This document shows, piece by piece, positions 1 to 10,840 of a DNA stretch of 64,000 nucleotides. The DNA is taken from sequence record MZ956761.1. The stretch is one strand, 5' to 3'. How positions within the stretch are numbered: the stretch's first letter is position 1; the number at the start of each line of letters is the position of its first letter. The notes beneath the pieces were generated by a model. The model worked only from the letters and a program-made list of their open reading frames with translations, had not been told where the DNA came from and ran no database searches. A program made the translations under genes and the position numbers. Source of the stretch: a phage.

Positions 1-1850
1 TCAAATTTTTCAGATGTTAAATTAATTTTAGCGATATTCCAATAAATCATGTCAGCCGGATAATTTATTTCACCGATAACATAGTATTTGTCACGTCCAT
101 CAGAATTTGCTAATTTATTAAAATCATTGCCTGTATACGGCTGAATGTTTTCATTTTCTGTAACATCGCCAGAAGCAAATGGACCAATAATAACTTTACC
201 AATTCCTTTAGAATCTCGGTCTGTTGATACTATACGAACGTCATATAATACATCTTCTTCTAAACCAGTATTAGGATTTACAACCTTTCGTCCAGAATTA
301 AATGAAAACGTATTAGATTCCATAGAACGGTCTTTTATTTGATTATTGTATTTAATACCCGCTTCAGGCGTTTTATAGAAGTTTTGTACTTCACGAACCA
401 TTTGAATAGTCGCTGATGAACCAATGACAGAATGATCTGCATCATCTACATATGTCAACATCTTAGATTTAGCGAAAGACGAGTTAAAAATTTCTACATC
501 TTCGGTATAATAGCGATCAATTTTATCAATTATTTGACCTTCAAGCCACTGTTCGGATTCTTGCAGTTTATTTAAAGCATATGTGACTTTTAAATTAGTC
601 TTAATAAAAAGATAATTAGGAGAAATAATTGATGGCGTAATAGGAGCTAAATTATAGTCTTTGAGATAATTTTTAATATCTTCACGCTGTACGGTAGTTA
701 AATACAGACCTGATTTAGGTTTAGCAGCAATGAATGCATACCCAGGTTTAGTAGAATCAGTGAAAGTTTGAACAGCTTGAATAATAGAACCAAATCTCTC
801 TGAAACGAATGTATCATAGTCAGTTGCAGTTACGCAGCGTTGCTGGGTTTCGCGTTTAATAGTACCCAATTCGCGAATACGCTCAATATCTTCTGGATCA
901 CCGCCGCCATCTGCCCCAACAAAATCTGGGTCATCGTTTGGATTTTCATTAATATTGATGACAGTTATATTTGTTAATGTATCTGCGTATGAAAATCCGA
1001 CTGCTCCGTTCGCGTCAGCACCATTAGTACTGATGTACTCAATGACAATCGTAGAGTTCTGAGTAGGTTTAAGACCTCCGATATAATTAGCGGTCAAAGC
1101 TCCTTCAGAAGCATTAACAGAAATTTCACCTTCACCAAAATAGAATTCAGTGTTTCCATCAATAGTTTCACGCATATAGTAAATCGTTGATGTTGAACCA
1201 GCATGAACCATTGACTTTCTCGTCCAGTTAATCCATTCCGCTCCATCAACATATAATTTAACCTGGTTTCTATCAATATTTTTATCATAAATGATAATAG
1301 GTGTTAATTTATCATAAATGATTTCAGTTCTTACTATACGTCCCTGGGCCAATTTTAAACGCGGAAAATATTGGTTATTTTTATCACGAATAGCAATAAC
1401 GTCTTCGGTAGAAACGAAGTTATATGGATTAACAGAAGTATCTTTTGCATATGCTAAAAAGCGAGTTCCGCGAGGAATAGTAATGTAATTCCTATTCAAT
1501 GCGTCGGTGCATGTTAACATAATTTCGGTCTGCGCAGCGGATTTTGAAGTAGGTAAATATCCGTTATCTTGCGCAGCTTGAACAACTGAACTTCGTAAGT
1601 TAGCAGTACGCATAAAGCTTTCATACACAGCAGCATTACCAAACTGCTGAATGTATAATGTATTATAAGCTAAAAGGTCACACAGAACGTTTAATCTTGA
1701 GCCTTCAAAATCATAATCCAAAAATTCATTTTGGCCATTAAGCCATTCAATGAGGTTTTGTTTTATTTCAGCAAACGTACCCCCGACGAATATCTCGGGA
1801 ATAGCATTTGCTGTTCTTGTTAATTGATAATTTACAGGGGTATTTGCCAT
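1..1850 (-). CDS. 6: Baseplate wedge subunit gp6, N-terminal ~616 codons (3' end lies beyond window start)
   Basis: Minus-strand ORF starting at ATG 1850-1848, N-terminus MANTPVNYQLTRT, frame still open at window edge (...YWNIAKINLTSEKF); follows 5.4 as in T4 baseplate module. Confidence 0.8.
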   Translation of the reverse strand, partial: MANTPVNYQLTRTANAIPEIFVGGTFAEIKQNLIEWLNGQNEFLDYDFEGSRLNVLCDLLAYNTLYIQQFGNAAVYESFMRTANLRSSVVQAAQDNGYLPTSKSAAQTEIMLTCTDALNRNYITIPRGTRFLAYAKDTSVNPYNFVSTEDVIAIRDKNNQYFPRLKLAQGRIVRTEIIYDKLTPIIIYDKNIDRNQVKLYVDGAEWINWTRKSMVHAGSTSTIYYMRETIDGNTEFYFGEGEISVNASEGALTANYIGGLKPTQNSTIVIEYISTNGADANGAVGFSYADTLTNITVININENPNDDPDFVGADGGGDPEDIERIRELGTIKRETQQRCVTATDYDTFVSERFGSIIQAVQTFTDSTKPGYAFIAAKPKSGLYLTTVQREDIKNYLKDYNLAPITPSIISPNYLFIKTNLKVTYALNKLQESEQWLEGQIIDKIDRYYTEDVEIFNSSFAKSKMLTYVDDADHSVIGSSATIQMVREVQNFYKTPEAGIKYNNQIKDRSMESNTFSFNSGRKVVNPNTGLEEDVLYDVRIVSTDRDSKGIGKVIIGPFASGDVTENENIQPYTGNDFNKLANSDGRDKYYVIGEINYPADMIYWNIAKINLTSEKF

Positions 1851-1858
1851 TTTAAATC

Positions 1859-2152
1859 CTATTTAATGAATACTTTAGATGATGCCTGAGCCACAGTATC
1901 ACCGCATGATATTGGATCAGCCATTTGAACAGCTTTCTTTCCAGTGACATATACCTTAGAAGTTCGAGGTTGTGTCACTCCGCCATGTGTTTCATACGGC
2001 TTTTTAATTTCTGTATGTTCTGTAATTGGATCGCCTGCTACGAGAACAGCAATTCCTCCAGTGAATACTTTACTTTGCGTAGCATTCACAACTGTTGGAG
2101 GCCACGCTTCATGGCCAGCAGTAACACACTTATCATAACTTAATCCTGACAT
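1859..2152 (-). CDS. 5.4: PAAR-type spike tip protein gp5.4
   Basis: 97 aa ORF directly downstream of gene 5 block; size and position as T4 gp5.4. Confidence 0.7.
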
Positions 2153-2710
2153 TTATGGCCTCTCATACACATAGCTTCTTAATTTATTAGCCCAACGACT
2201 CCAATTTCCAACTATAGTTTTAGTATAATTTTTAACTAGAGCTTTTCTCACTGGAGCAGGAGGATCTGTCGGTTCAGTAGTATCAGAAGATGACCTAGAA
2301 TTACTGCCAGAACCACCGGATTCACTTTGTTCTTGGTAGTCATATATTAATGTTACTTCGTAAGTGAATGTCTTCTGGAGATTTTGAGGAGCTTTCCACA
2401 AATACAACTGAGTATCAGAATCAGTAGGAAGTTCTTCCCATGAAGCAGCAGTTTTAAATTCATCGCCTAAACGATATTTCAACGCGTCATTTCCGAAACC
2501 AAATACAGATTCATATGTTCCATATAAGCGATTTTCTTCTACTAAAACCCCAGGAGTTTCTTCGTAACTAGTTATATTTATAGATACTAACGTTTCACCT
2601 GTTTCTAATTGAGCGGTAAAGGTGACGTCGATAGAAGAACCTTCCATGGATTCTCCTAAATCAGCGCTCATTGGAAGTATATTAGCCAATGTCAATCCTC
2701 GATCCATCAA
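2153..2710 (-). CDS. Conserved hypothetical protein between gene 5 and 5.4
   Basis: 185 aa ORF overlapping 3' end of gene 5; Ser/Gly-rich N-terminus, no recognisable motif. Confidence 0.55.
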
Positions 2711-4409
2711 TTGTGTATTGACCAGATGAAATAGAATTCATAGATGCCATTTTTTCTGTCCAATCACCACCAACGTCCCAATCAACTGTCCCAGCAACTT
2801 TCCAAGAAAGATTTCCATTTACTGTGTTAGTTTGATTTCCTTCAACTAAAGTGGTAGCATCTCCTTTAACTGTAATGTCAGCATTACCTTCAACTATAAT
2901 AGTAACATTACCTTTAACTAGGATAGTTCCATTACCTTCAACAGTTTTCGTTTCGTCGCCGCGCACAAATATTGTATTGCTTCCATCTATTTGGTGAAGA
3001 CGATTATCCATGTTGTAATAAATTTCTGATCCACCGACGTTAGTCTTTTTATCACCGGCTACCAAAAAATTACCATCAGCATTTGTTATATCATACAAAT
3101 TATCAACAGTTTTTCTTGTTCTTCTTCCTGACGGTGATACTTCTTCATAAGTTCCAGTTGGATGAACTAATCTGTATCGTTCTTGCCCAGGGGTATCATC
3201 AAATTCCTGAATATGTCCGCTTTCAGTTTCCATTGTATGCACATAAGGATATTCGCCTTTATATGAAGAAACTGGTTCTTTGAATAAAATTCTCGAGTCA
3301 TTTGGAATAGGAGGATCAGCAGGGTCAGAAGATTTAGCTACAGTAGCAGCCATTGCAGATAAAGACCTAGCTGGTGTTTTCACTTCAACACCATATGATT
3401 CCAAATTTCCCGTAAGAATAATCATGGTAACACGGGATGCACGACCTTTTGTTTGTTGATACCACAATGAATCACGACCGGCTTTATATGCTTTTTCCCA
3501 ATCTCCTGCTAACATAGCAGTTAACATTGTGTTAAATTTAGCGACACCACCAACACCCATCTGAAATGCCATATTTTCTAATGCCATTTGACGAGAACGG
3601 TTGACAGCTTGCCAGACTGGTCCTACTTTAGAATGTGATTTAATGTCACGTTGCATATCAGCCAAATCACGCTCAAATAAAGCTGTCGCTTCTTCCATTG
3701 TAATAGAACCTGGATTTCCTGTAATTTCACGACCAACTTGTTTTGATAAAACTTTATTAATTTGAGCCATATCACGAACTGGCTGCTTCATGATAAGATG
3801 ACCAATACCAATTGTCGGATATCCTTCGGTATCCCAATAAACTTTTAGTCTTAATCCTTCATCACGGCGAAGCATTTCAGCCATTGACATATTTGGATTA
3901 TCATCGGTTGGAATCTCTGATAGTGGTCTATCATCGGGATTTATTGCGGTGTCTAAGTTACTATCTTGGATAATGTTAGAAGACGAATCATATCCTACTT
4001 CTCCGCCTTGGTTTAGTACGTTCGTATCATTTCCTAAACGTCTAGGATACTGCCCAGTTGGGTCAGAAAATCCTTCAAGTCTATTCGGTTTTTCGCGAAC
4101 TATTCCACCATACGTGCCAAGGACAATTCCGTTAGTTTTCCATTTGTCTAAAAAATGACCATAAACTCTAGTTCCTTCTACTGGCCCTGTAACAGAACCT
4201 CCAATTCCTGACATTGCTGCAGAAGTTATAGGTTGAATAACTGACATCCATGGTAATTTTTCAGTTGGAATACCCATTACATCACCTTGTGCTCTTTGAG
4301 GTGGATGCAAACCAACCACACGAACACGAACACGACCTAATTTTAATGGGTCCATTCTATCTTCAACAACACCAACAAACCAATTAAGGTTATTACTTAT
4401 CATTTCCAT
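2682..4409 (-). CDS. 5: Baseplate hub subunit and tail lysozyme gp5
   Basis: 575 aa; internal lysozyme-like segment (LRLKVYWDTEGYPTIGIGHL) resembling e lysozyme in this window; C-terminal VEGN-type beta-helix repeats. Confidence 0.9.
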   Translation of the reverse strand: MEMISNNLNWFVGVVEDRMDPLKLGRVRVRVVGLHPPQRAQGDVMGIPTEKLPWMSVIQPITSAAMSGIGGSVTGPVEGTRVYGHFLDKWKTNGIVLGTYGGIVREKPNRLEGFSDPTGQYPRRLGNDTNVLNQGGEVGYDSSSNIIQDSNLDTAINPDDRPLSEIPTDDNPNMSMAEMLRRDEGLRLKVYWDTEGYPTIGIGHLIMKQPVRDMAQINKVLSKQVGREITGNPGSITMEEATALFERDLADMQRDIKSHSKVGPVWQAVNRSRQMALENMAFQMGVGGVAKFNTMLTAMLAGDWEKAYKAGRDSLWYQQTKGRASRVTMIILTGNLESYGVEVKTPARSLSAMAATVAKSSDPADPPIPNDSRILFKEPVSSYKGEYPYVHTMETESGHIQEFDDTPGQERYRLVHPTGTYEEVSPSGRRTRKTVDNLYDITNADGNFLVAGDKKTNVGGSEIYYNMDNRLHQIDGSNTIFVRGDETKTVEGNGTILVKGNVTIIVEGNADITVKGDATTLVEGNQTNTVNGNLSWKVAGTVDWDVGGDWTEKMASMNSISSGQYTIDGSRIDIG

Positions 4410-4983
4410 AAGATTTCTCCATTATACGTATAAGGTCGTTCATAAATGAATTGATGTCTGATTTTGCTATTATTTTTATTTGACGAAGTTTTTCATTTTC
4501 AAGAACAGCCGCTTCATACGTATCGACCGCAGCAAGTGCTCCTTCATATTGAGGATATTTTCTAGCTTTATCGCCTTTATCATACCAAACATATGGATTA
4601 TCATCGTATGATATTAAATTATAAAATTTTTCACCGTTCTCATTCACATGATATACTATCTGGTCTCCACCCACATTTTTGTATTTTTGTATAGATGCTT
4701 GATAAGCTGCTTCTTGTGAAGTAATCCATCCATAATATGGATCATAATTATCATTACACATCAATAAAACCCAATACAGCTGTGGATTTCCATATATAGT
4801 ATTTGCTAATTCTTCCGGGCGTGGTGAACCTTTAATATAGTAAGTACGTAAGCGGTATCCCGCAAGAGCGCGTTTAAAATAGTCTTTATAGTTTCTAAAA
4901 ATATCTGTCATAGGAATAGTCGGCGCGTTTTTATTCACCGTTTTGGCCGCATATTCAATCGGATCAAAAAATGTAAAGAGCAT
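4393..4983 (-). CDS. 53: Baseplate wedge subunit gp53
   Basis: 196 aa ORF immediately upstream of gene 5 on same strand; length and order as T4 gp53. Confidence 0.8.
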   Translation of the reverse strand: MLFTFFDPIEYAAKTVNKNAPTIPMTDIFRNYKDYFKRALAGYRLRTYYIKGSPRPEELANTIYGNPQLYWVLLMCNDNYDPYYGWITSQEAAYQASIQKYKNVGGDQIVYHVNENGEKFYNLISYDDNPYVWYDKGDKARKYPQYEGALAAVDTYEAAVLENEKLRQIKIIAKSDINSFMNDLIRIMEKSYGNDK

Positions 4984-4996
4984 GGGCCCTCCTGTT

Positions 4997-5004
4997 TATA
5001 AATA
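4997..5004 (+). promoter_or_regulatory. T4-type late promoter motif TATAAATA upstream of gene 4
   Basis: Exact TATAAATA about 27 nt before ATG 5031. Confidence 0.5.
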
Positions 5005-5011
5005 TATTATC

Positions 5012-5019
5012 TATTTATA
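5012..5019 (-). promoter_or_regulatory. T4-type late promoter motif TATAAATA (minus strand) upstream of gene 53
   Basis: Reverse complement of tatttata at 5012-5019, upstream of minus-strand start at 4983. Confidence 0.5.
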
Positions 5020-5030
5020 AGGAGAATCCA

Positions 5031-5483
5031 ATGGCATATTCTGGAAAATGGGTTCCTAAAAATATATCAAAATATAGAGGTGACCCTAAAAAAATTACGT
5101 ATAGATCAAATTGGGAAAAATTCTTTTTTGAATGGTTAGATAAAAATCCAGAAATTATTGCATGGGGTAGTGAAACAGCAGTAATTCCTTATTTTTGTAA
5201 TGCAGAAGGGAAAAAACGTAGATACTTCATGGATATTTGGATGAAAGATTCTTCTGGACAAGAATTTTTTATTGAAATAAAACCTAAAAAAGAAACACAA
5301 CCACCAGTTAAACCAGCACATCTAACAACTGCAGCGAAGAAAAGATTTATGAATGAAATTTATACCTGGTCTGTGAACACTGACAAATGGAAAGCAGCAC
5401 AATCTTTAGCTGAAAAGCGTGGAATAAAATTTAGAATTTTAACAGAAGATGGATTACGAGCTCTTGGCTTTAAGGGGGCATAA
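5031..5483 (+). CDS. 4: Head completion protein gp4
   Basis: 150 aa; divergent from gene 53, followed by genes 2 and 3 as in T4. Confidence 0.8.
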   Translation: MAYSGKWVPKNISKYRGDPKKITYRSNWEKFFFEWLDKNPEIIAWGSETAVIPYFCNAEGKKRRYFMDIWMKDSSGQEFFIEIKPKKETQPPVKPAHLTTAAKKRFMNEIYTWSVNTDKWKAAQSLAEKRGIKFRILTEDGLRALGFKGA

Positions 5484-6307
5484 TGGCTATTTTTCAAATA
5501 ATTAATGAAAGCACTCCCAAAGTTCCAAAGGTTAAGCAATCATTAAACGAAAAGAAATGGATTCAGATAGGTCTTGAATATAAAAAGGCCAAAGCAAAAG
5601 GAATGACAGGAAAGCAATTTGCTGAAGAAAGAGGAATCAAATACTCTACGTTTACTTCGGCAATGTCAAAATATGCTTCAGGAATTAAAACGGCTGAAAA
5701 GATTCAAAAGCTTGAATCAAAACCAATGAATAAACTCAATAAGCAAGAAAGACAACTGCTTATGATAAATTCATTCAGACAAACATTGCGCGATAAAATT
5801 CGTAATGAAGGTGCAGCAATTAATAATAAAACCAGAAAGTGGTTTGCTGAAACTATTAAGCAAGTAAAAGGACATAAAGTTGTTCGCCCGCAGCCGGGAC
5901 GAATATATGCTTTTGCTTATGATGCTAAGCACAAGGAAACTCTTCCTTACTGGGATAAATTTCCTTTGATAATTTACCTTGGTTTAGGTAAGCATAATTT
6001 AATGTACGGATTAAACTTGCACTATATTCCACCTAAAGCTCGTCAGCAATTCCTAGAAGAGCTTTTAAAGCAATATGCAAATACACCGACTATTACTAAT
6101 AAAACGAAATTAAAAATTGATTGGAGTCAAGTGAAAGGATTTAGGGGTGCAGACCAAATGATTAAGGCATATATACCTGGTAATATTATGGGTAGCCTTG
6201 TTGAAATCGCCCCGAAAGACTGGGCGAACGTTGTGTTGATGCCACTTCAGCAGTTCGTTTCAAAAGGAAAACGTTTCTCTGCAAACAAAGTCTGGTCAAA
6301 TATCTAA
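5483..6307 (+). CDS. 2: DNA end protector protein gp2
   Basis: 274 aa basic protein, start overlaps gp4 stop; size and order as T4 gp2. Confidence 0.8.
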   Translation: MAIFQIINESTPKVPKVKQSLNEKKWIQIGLEYKKAKAKGMTGKQFAEERGIKYSTFTSAMSKYASGIKTAEKIQKLESKPMNKLNKQERQLLMINSFRQTLRDKIRNEGAAINNKTRKWFAETIKQVKGHKVVRPQPGRIYAFAYDAKHKETLPYWDKFPLIIYLGLGKHNLMYGLNLHYIPPKARQQFLEELLKQYANTPTITNKTKLKIDWSQVKGFRGADQMIKAYIPGNIMGSLVEIAPKDWANVVLMPLQQFVSKGKRFSANKVWSNI

Positions 6308-6413
6308 TTCTATTATCTTCCATTCTTTTCTATTGTTTGTTCTAATTGGAATTGAATGGAAGGGACTTAGACCCATTATACCACCAACATTTATGAAGCA
6401 TTATGAGGAATAT

Positions 6414-6944
6414 ATGTCGCAAGCACTACAACAAATTTTTAACCAAGCAAATACAACTAACTTTGTAGTATCAATACCGCATAGTAATACTACATCTGCT
6501 TTTACTTTAAATGCTCAGTCAGTTCCTATTCCGGGAATTAGGATACCTGTTACTGATACCGTGACTGGGCCGTTTGGACTAGGCCGAGCACAACGTCCAG
6601 GTGTTACATTTGAGTACGACCCACTCATCGTGAGATTTATAGTTGATGAAGAGCTTAAGTCATGGATAGGAATGTATGAATGGATGCTAGGAACTAGTAA
6701 CTATCTTACAGGCGAAAATACTGCCCAAAAAACAGGTCCTGAATACATTACGCTTTACATTTTAGATAATAGTAAAACTGAAATTGTGATGTCAATAAAT
6801 TTTTATAAGCCTTGGGTTTCTGACCTCTCTGAAGTAGAATTTAGCTACACGGAAGATTCAGACCCAGCCTTAGTATGCACAGCAACGATTCCTTATACGT
6901 ATTTTCAAGTAGAAAAAGATGGCAAAATTATAGCAGAAGTTTAA
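6414..6944 (+). CDS. 3: Tail completion and sheath stabiliser gp3
   Basis: 176 aa from ATG 6414 (GAGGAA 5 nt upstream); track ORF 6333 is a 5' over-extension. Confidence 0.75.
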   Translation: MSQALQQIFNQANTTNFVVSIPHSNTTSAFTLNAQSVPIPGIRIPVTDTVTGPFGLGRAQRPGVTFEYDPLIVRFIVDEELKSWIGMYEWMLGTSNYLTGENTAQKTGPEYITLYILDNSKTEIVMSINFYKPWVSDLSEVEFSYTEDSDPALVCTATIPYTYFQVEKDGKIIAEV

Positions 6945-6993
6945 TGCTTCAGTTTCATGTGTTATAATCTTAACTAAATTTGAGGAGAAACAT

Positions 6994-7706
6994 ATGAAAC
7001 TAATCTTTTTAAGCGGTGTAAAGCGTAGTGGAAAAGATACTACTGCTGATTTTATCATGAGCAATTATTCTGCAGTTAAATACCAACTTGCTGGTCCTAT
7101 TAAGGATGCATTGGCTTATGCATGGGGAGTATTTGTAGCAAACACTGACTATCCTTGTTTAACTCGTAAAGAGTTTGAAGGAATTGACTATGATCGTGAA
7201 ACTAATTTAAATCTGACTAAATTAGAAGTAATTACGATTATGGAACAAGCATTTTGCTATCTTAATAGTAAAAGCCCAATTAAAGGTGTGTTTGTTTTTG
7301 ATGACGCAGTTAATTTCGTAGCATTTAACAAGATTGCTGACGTTATAAATAATATTGAAGATCAATGGTCAGTCCGTCGTCTGATGCAAGCCCTAGGTAC
7401 GGATTTGATTGTTAATAACTTCGACCGCATGTATTGGGTAAAATTATTTGCTTTAGATTATCTTGATAAATTTAACTCAGGTTATGATTATTATATCGTT
7501 CCTGATACTCGTCAAGATCATGAAATGGATGCGGCTAGGGCGATGGGTGCTACAGTAATTCATGTAGTTCGTCCTGGTCAAAAATCCAATGATACTCATA
7601 TTACAGAAGCTGGATTGCCAATTCGTGATGGCGATTTAGTAATTACAAACGATGGTTCTCTTGAAGAACTTTTTTCTAAAATTAAAAATACACTAAAGGT
7701 ACTATA

Positions 7707-7707
<1 letters not shown>
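6994..7707 (+). CDS. 1: Deoxynucleoside monophosphate kinase gp1
   Basis: 237 aa; P-loop GVKRSGKDT; recognised T4 gp1 sequence. Confidence 0.9.
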
Positions 7708-8404
<697 letters not shown>

Positions 8405-8416
8405 TTTCACAAAGTT

Positions 8417-8446
8417 GTTTACATGCTGATGAGGTAGTGATACTAT
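8417..8446 (+). promoter_or_regulatory. Early promoter (GTTTAC -35, TACTAT -10), copy 1 of repeated cassette
   Basis: GTTTAC 8417-8422, 18-nt spacer, TACTAT 8441-8446; -10 flanked by GAGGTA/TACCTC dyad. Confidence 0.55.
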
Positions 8447-8476
8447 TACCTCATCAAAATTAATTAGGAAAATAAA

Positions 8477-8734
8477 ATGAAAACTTTCAAAGAGTTTGCT
8501 ACAAAAACTATTATCACTGAATCTTCTCATGGTATGGAAGTAAAGCTTGGAATGGCTTTAGCTGAAGCTGAGCGTCTTTTCTCTCGTATTAAAGAACTTG
8601 CTGCTGCAGTCGATCCTTCATCTTTTAAAGGAGACCAAACGAAAGTTAAAGCGCTTTTAGCATTATGCTCTGATGCAGGCGAAATCGCTAAGAACGGTTC
8701 TAAGATGAAGAAACGATTAGAAGATTTAAAATAA
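8477..8734 (+). CDS. Internal-protein-like small protein (CTS-like N-terminus MKTFKEF)
   Basis: 85 aa; RBS AGGAAA; N-terminus resembles capsid targeting sequence with I-x-E site (IITE). Confidence 0.5.
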   Translation: MKTFKEFATKTIITESSHGMEVKLGMALAEAERLFSRIKELAAAVDPSSFKGDQTKVKALLALCSDAGEIAKNGSKMKKRLEDLK

Positions 8735-8746
8735 TTTCACAAAGTT

Positions 8747-8776
8747 GTTTACACGGGGTTTTAGTAGTGATACTAT
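8747..8776 (+). promoter_or_regulatory. Early promoter, copy 2 of repeated cassette
   Basis: Near-identical to 8405-8452: aatttcacaaagttgtttac...gtgatactattacc. Confidence 0.55.
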
Positions 8777-8812
8777 TACCCTATCAAAACAAATGTGAGA
8801 TTGGAGAATAAA

Positions 8813-9046
8813 ATGAAAACTTATCAAGAATTTATTGCTGAAACTGCTGATGTAAAAGTTGAGTTTATTTATACTGACAAGAAAGATAAAATGGGTGAAA
8901 TGCCTCATGGAGTTCTTCGCGATGCATTAGATAATTTCGGTCAACTCGCTGCAGAAGATTACGGTGATAAAATTGTTGTTACTGGTCCTGCTGCAGTTAT
9001 TGAAAAATGGGCAGCAGAAAATAAATCAATTTTTCGTAAAAAATAA
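8813..9046 (+). CDS. Internal protein (IPI-locus type), CTS MKTYQEFIAE
   Basis: 77 aa from ATG 8813 (RBS GGAGAA); exact T4 internal-protein N-terminal decapeptide. Confidence 0.6.
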   Translation: MKTYQEFIAETADVKVEFIYTDKKDKMGEMPHGVLRDALDNFGQLAAEDYGDKIVVTGPAAVIEKWAAENKSIFRKK

Positions 9047-9076
9047 GTTTACTTTTAGATAGGGTAGTGATACTAT
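9047..9076 (+). promoter_or_regulatory. Early promoter, copy 3 of repeated cassette
   Basis: GTTTAC 9047-9052, TACTAT 9071-9076; -10 flanked by 9-bp dyad GATAGGGTA/TACCCTATC. Confidence 0.55.
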
Positions 9077-9104
9077 TACCCTATCAACTACTGAGGAGAA
9101 TAAA

Positions 9105-9290
9105 ATGAAACGTTGTGAATTAATTCGAAATGTTGCTATTGCAATTTCTGCTTCTGCTTTTAGTTTTTCAATGTTTGTTGGATTTATATGCGGATTATTG
9201 ACTACAGCAGAAAATGTTTTTTCACTTGTAGTAGCATTTTTAATTGGTTTAATTGCTATCGTTATGGATAAAATTTCTAAAGGTGAATAG
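9105..9290 (+). CDS. Small membrane protein
   Basis: 61 aa, two hydrophobic segments; RBS GAGGAGAA. Confidence 0.45.
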   Translation: MKRCELIRNVAIAISASAFSFSMFVGFICGLLTTAENVFSLVVAFLIGLIAIVMDKISKGE

Positions 9291-9701
9291 ATGAGTATTA
9301 ACGAATATTATGTTTATGCTGGGGATTATGCAAATCCTTCTCATTTTGAAGGTAATTTAATACCTGATAAAGTTTTTAATACTCCTTTTGAAGCGTGGAG
9401 TTGGATTGAAAGTAAAAATGGATTTTCTTACCGTTATGTTGAAGTAACTGATTGGAGAGGAACTAAATATCCTAAAGACCATTATTACGTAAATCCATCT
9501 AAGGTAAATTTTCTTTTATTCGCAGGTGATAATTATTACCCTTGTGGTGGATATGATGATTTAATTGCGTATGCTGAAACAGAAGATAAACTGCGTGATA
9601 TCATTAAAGAAAATGAAAATAAACCAGATTATGGTTCTAATCGCTTTGACTGGTGGCAAATCGTAAATGCCCATACTCATGCTATTGTTGATAGAGGTTG
9701 A
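9291..9701 (+). CDS. Hypothetical protein
   Basis: 136 aa ORF, start abuts upstream stop; Tyr/Trp-rich. Confidence 0.5.
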   Translation: MSINEYYVYAGDYANPSHFEGNLIPDKVFNTPFEAWSWIESKNGFSYRYVEVTDWRGTKYPKDHYYVNPSKVNFLLFAGDNYYPCGGYDDLIAYAETEDKLRDIIKENENKPDYGSNRFDWWQIVNAHTHAIVDRG

Positions 9702-9991
9702 TAATGATACTTTATGCGAAAGTATCGTCCATTGAAAATGGATATAAATATGATCAAGAAGCAGCTAAAGCCTTGATTGATGATTATGGCATTTTAACAT
9801 GTTTTGAAGTTGAAAAGGTTTACATTGATCGTTCATCTTCTCAAGTTAAATTAGTGAAGGAAGACCGTAAATTTAATACAGTAAATTTTGATTTCTTTAT
9901 TGAAACAGAAAAAGGTCCTCTTGAATATGATATTTTCAAGAATCCTTTGAGTCTTGAATGTATCGTAAATACGTATCATCATAAATGGTAA
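9698..9991 (+). CDS. Hypothetical protein
   Basis: 97 aa ORF with ATGA overlap to upstream gene. Confidence 0.5.
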   Translation: MIMILYAKVSSIENGYKYDQEAAKALIDDYGILTCFEVEKVYIDRSSSQVKLVKEDRKFNTVNFDFFIETEKGPLEYDIFKNPLSLECIVNTYHHKW

Positions 9992-10088
9992 ATATGCTTT
10001 AAGAATTATTTGTTATTATTAACTCATACCACACTGATTAATACCCTCTATCATCAAGGGTTCTTGTTAGAGAGCCTTTGTTAATAAT

Positions 10089-10161
10089 TGGGAATTAGCC
10101 AAGTTGGTAAGGCATAGCACTTTGACTGCTAGATGCAAAGGTTCGAGTCCTTTATTCCCAG
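10089..10161 (+). tRNA. tRNA-Gln (UUG)
   Basis: Acceptor tgggaat/attccca, T-loop ttcgagt, anticodon loop cTTTGAc. Confidence 0.85.
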
Positions 10162-10162
10162 C

Positions 10163-10249
10163 GCGAGAATGGTCAAATTGGTAAAGGCACAGCACTTAAA
10201 ATGCTGCGGAATGATTTCCTTGTGGGTTCGAGTCCCACTTCTCGCACCA
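10163..10249 (+). tRNA. tRNA-Leu (UAA), type II, CCA encoded
   Basis: Acceptor gcgagaa/ttctcgc, anticodon loop cTTAAAa, long variable arm. Confidence 0.85.
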
Positions 10250-10254
10250 AATTT

Positions 10255-10328
<74 letters not shown>

Positions 10329-10338
10329 ATTTAATCTA

Positions 10339-10412
10339 CTCCGTGTAGCTCAGTTTGGTAGAGCGCCTGATTTGGGATCAGGAGGTCCAAGGTTCAAATC
10401 CTTGTATGGAGA
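10339..10412 (+). tRNA. tRNA-Pro (UGG)
   Basis: Acceptor ctccgtg/tatggag (two G-U), anticodon loop tTTGGGa. Confidence 0.8.
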
Positions 10413-10414
10413 CT

Positions 10415-10504
10415 GGAGGCGTGGCAGAGTGGTTTAATGCACCGGTCTTGAAAACCGGCAGTCGCTCCGGCGACTCATAGGTTCAAATCCTATCGCCTCC
10501 GCCA
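10415..10504 (+). tRNA. tRNA-Ser (UGA), type II, CCA encoded
   Basis: Acceptor ggaggcg/cgcctcc, anticodon loop cTTGAAa, long variable arm. Confidence 0.85.
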
Positions 10505-10509
10505 GTTTT

Positions 10510-10585
10510 GCTGATTTAGCTCAGTAGGTAGAGCAACTCACTTGTAATGAGAAGGTCGGCGGTTCGATTCCGTCAATCAGCACCA
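10510..10585 (+). tRNA. tRNA-Thr (UGU), CCA encoded
   Basis: Acceptor gctgatt/aatcagc, anticodon loop cTTGTAa. Confidence 0.85.
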
Positions 10586-10586
10586 A

Positions 10587-10661
10587 GGCCCTGTAGCTGG
10601 AAGGTTCAAGCAAGCGACTCATAATCGCCAGATGGTGGTTCAATTCCACCCAGGGCCACCA
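10587..10661 (+). tRNA. tRNA with CAU anticodon (Ile by analogy with T4; Met not excluded)
   Basis: Acceptor ggccctg/cagggcc, anticodon loop cTCATAa. Confidence 0.8.
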
Positions 10662-10674
10662 AATTAAGAATTAA

Positions 10675-10761
10675 GGGGAGTTATCCCGTAGAGGTAGCGG
10701 TGTGGACTGTAAATCCATTGTCATTGCGACTCGGGTGGTTCGACTCCATCACTCCCCACCA
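10675..10761 (+). tRNA. tRNA-Tyr (GUA), type II, CCA encoded
   Basis: Acceptor ggggagt/actcccc, anticodon loop cTGTAAa, variable arm resembling bacterial tRNA-Tyr. Confidence 0.75.
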
Positions 10762-10765
10762 ATTT

Positions 10766-10840
10766 GGATGTGTAGCTCAATGGCAGAGCGATCGCCTGTT
10801 AAGCGATTGGTTATAGGTTCGAATCCTATCACGTCCGCCA
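10766..10840 (+). tRNA. tRNA-Asn (GUU), CCA encoded
   Basis: Acceptor ggatgtg/cacgtcc, anticodon stem atcgc/gcgat, loop cTGTTAa. Confidence 0.8.

Noticed and set aside
145-1288. Track ORFs 145-342 (+) and 1094-1288 (-)
   Set aside because: Embedded out of frame or antisense within the gene 6 reading frame; AT-rich noise
3083-4158. Plus-strand track ORFs 3083-3283 and 3949-4158
   Set aside because: Antisense to gene 5, low-complexity, no RBS
8405-9100. Possible CRISPR-like repeat array
   Set aside because: Repeats are ~50-bp promoter modules with -35/-10 elements each followed by RBS and a protein gene; no short uniform spacers and no cas genes
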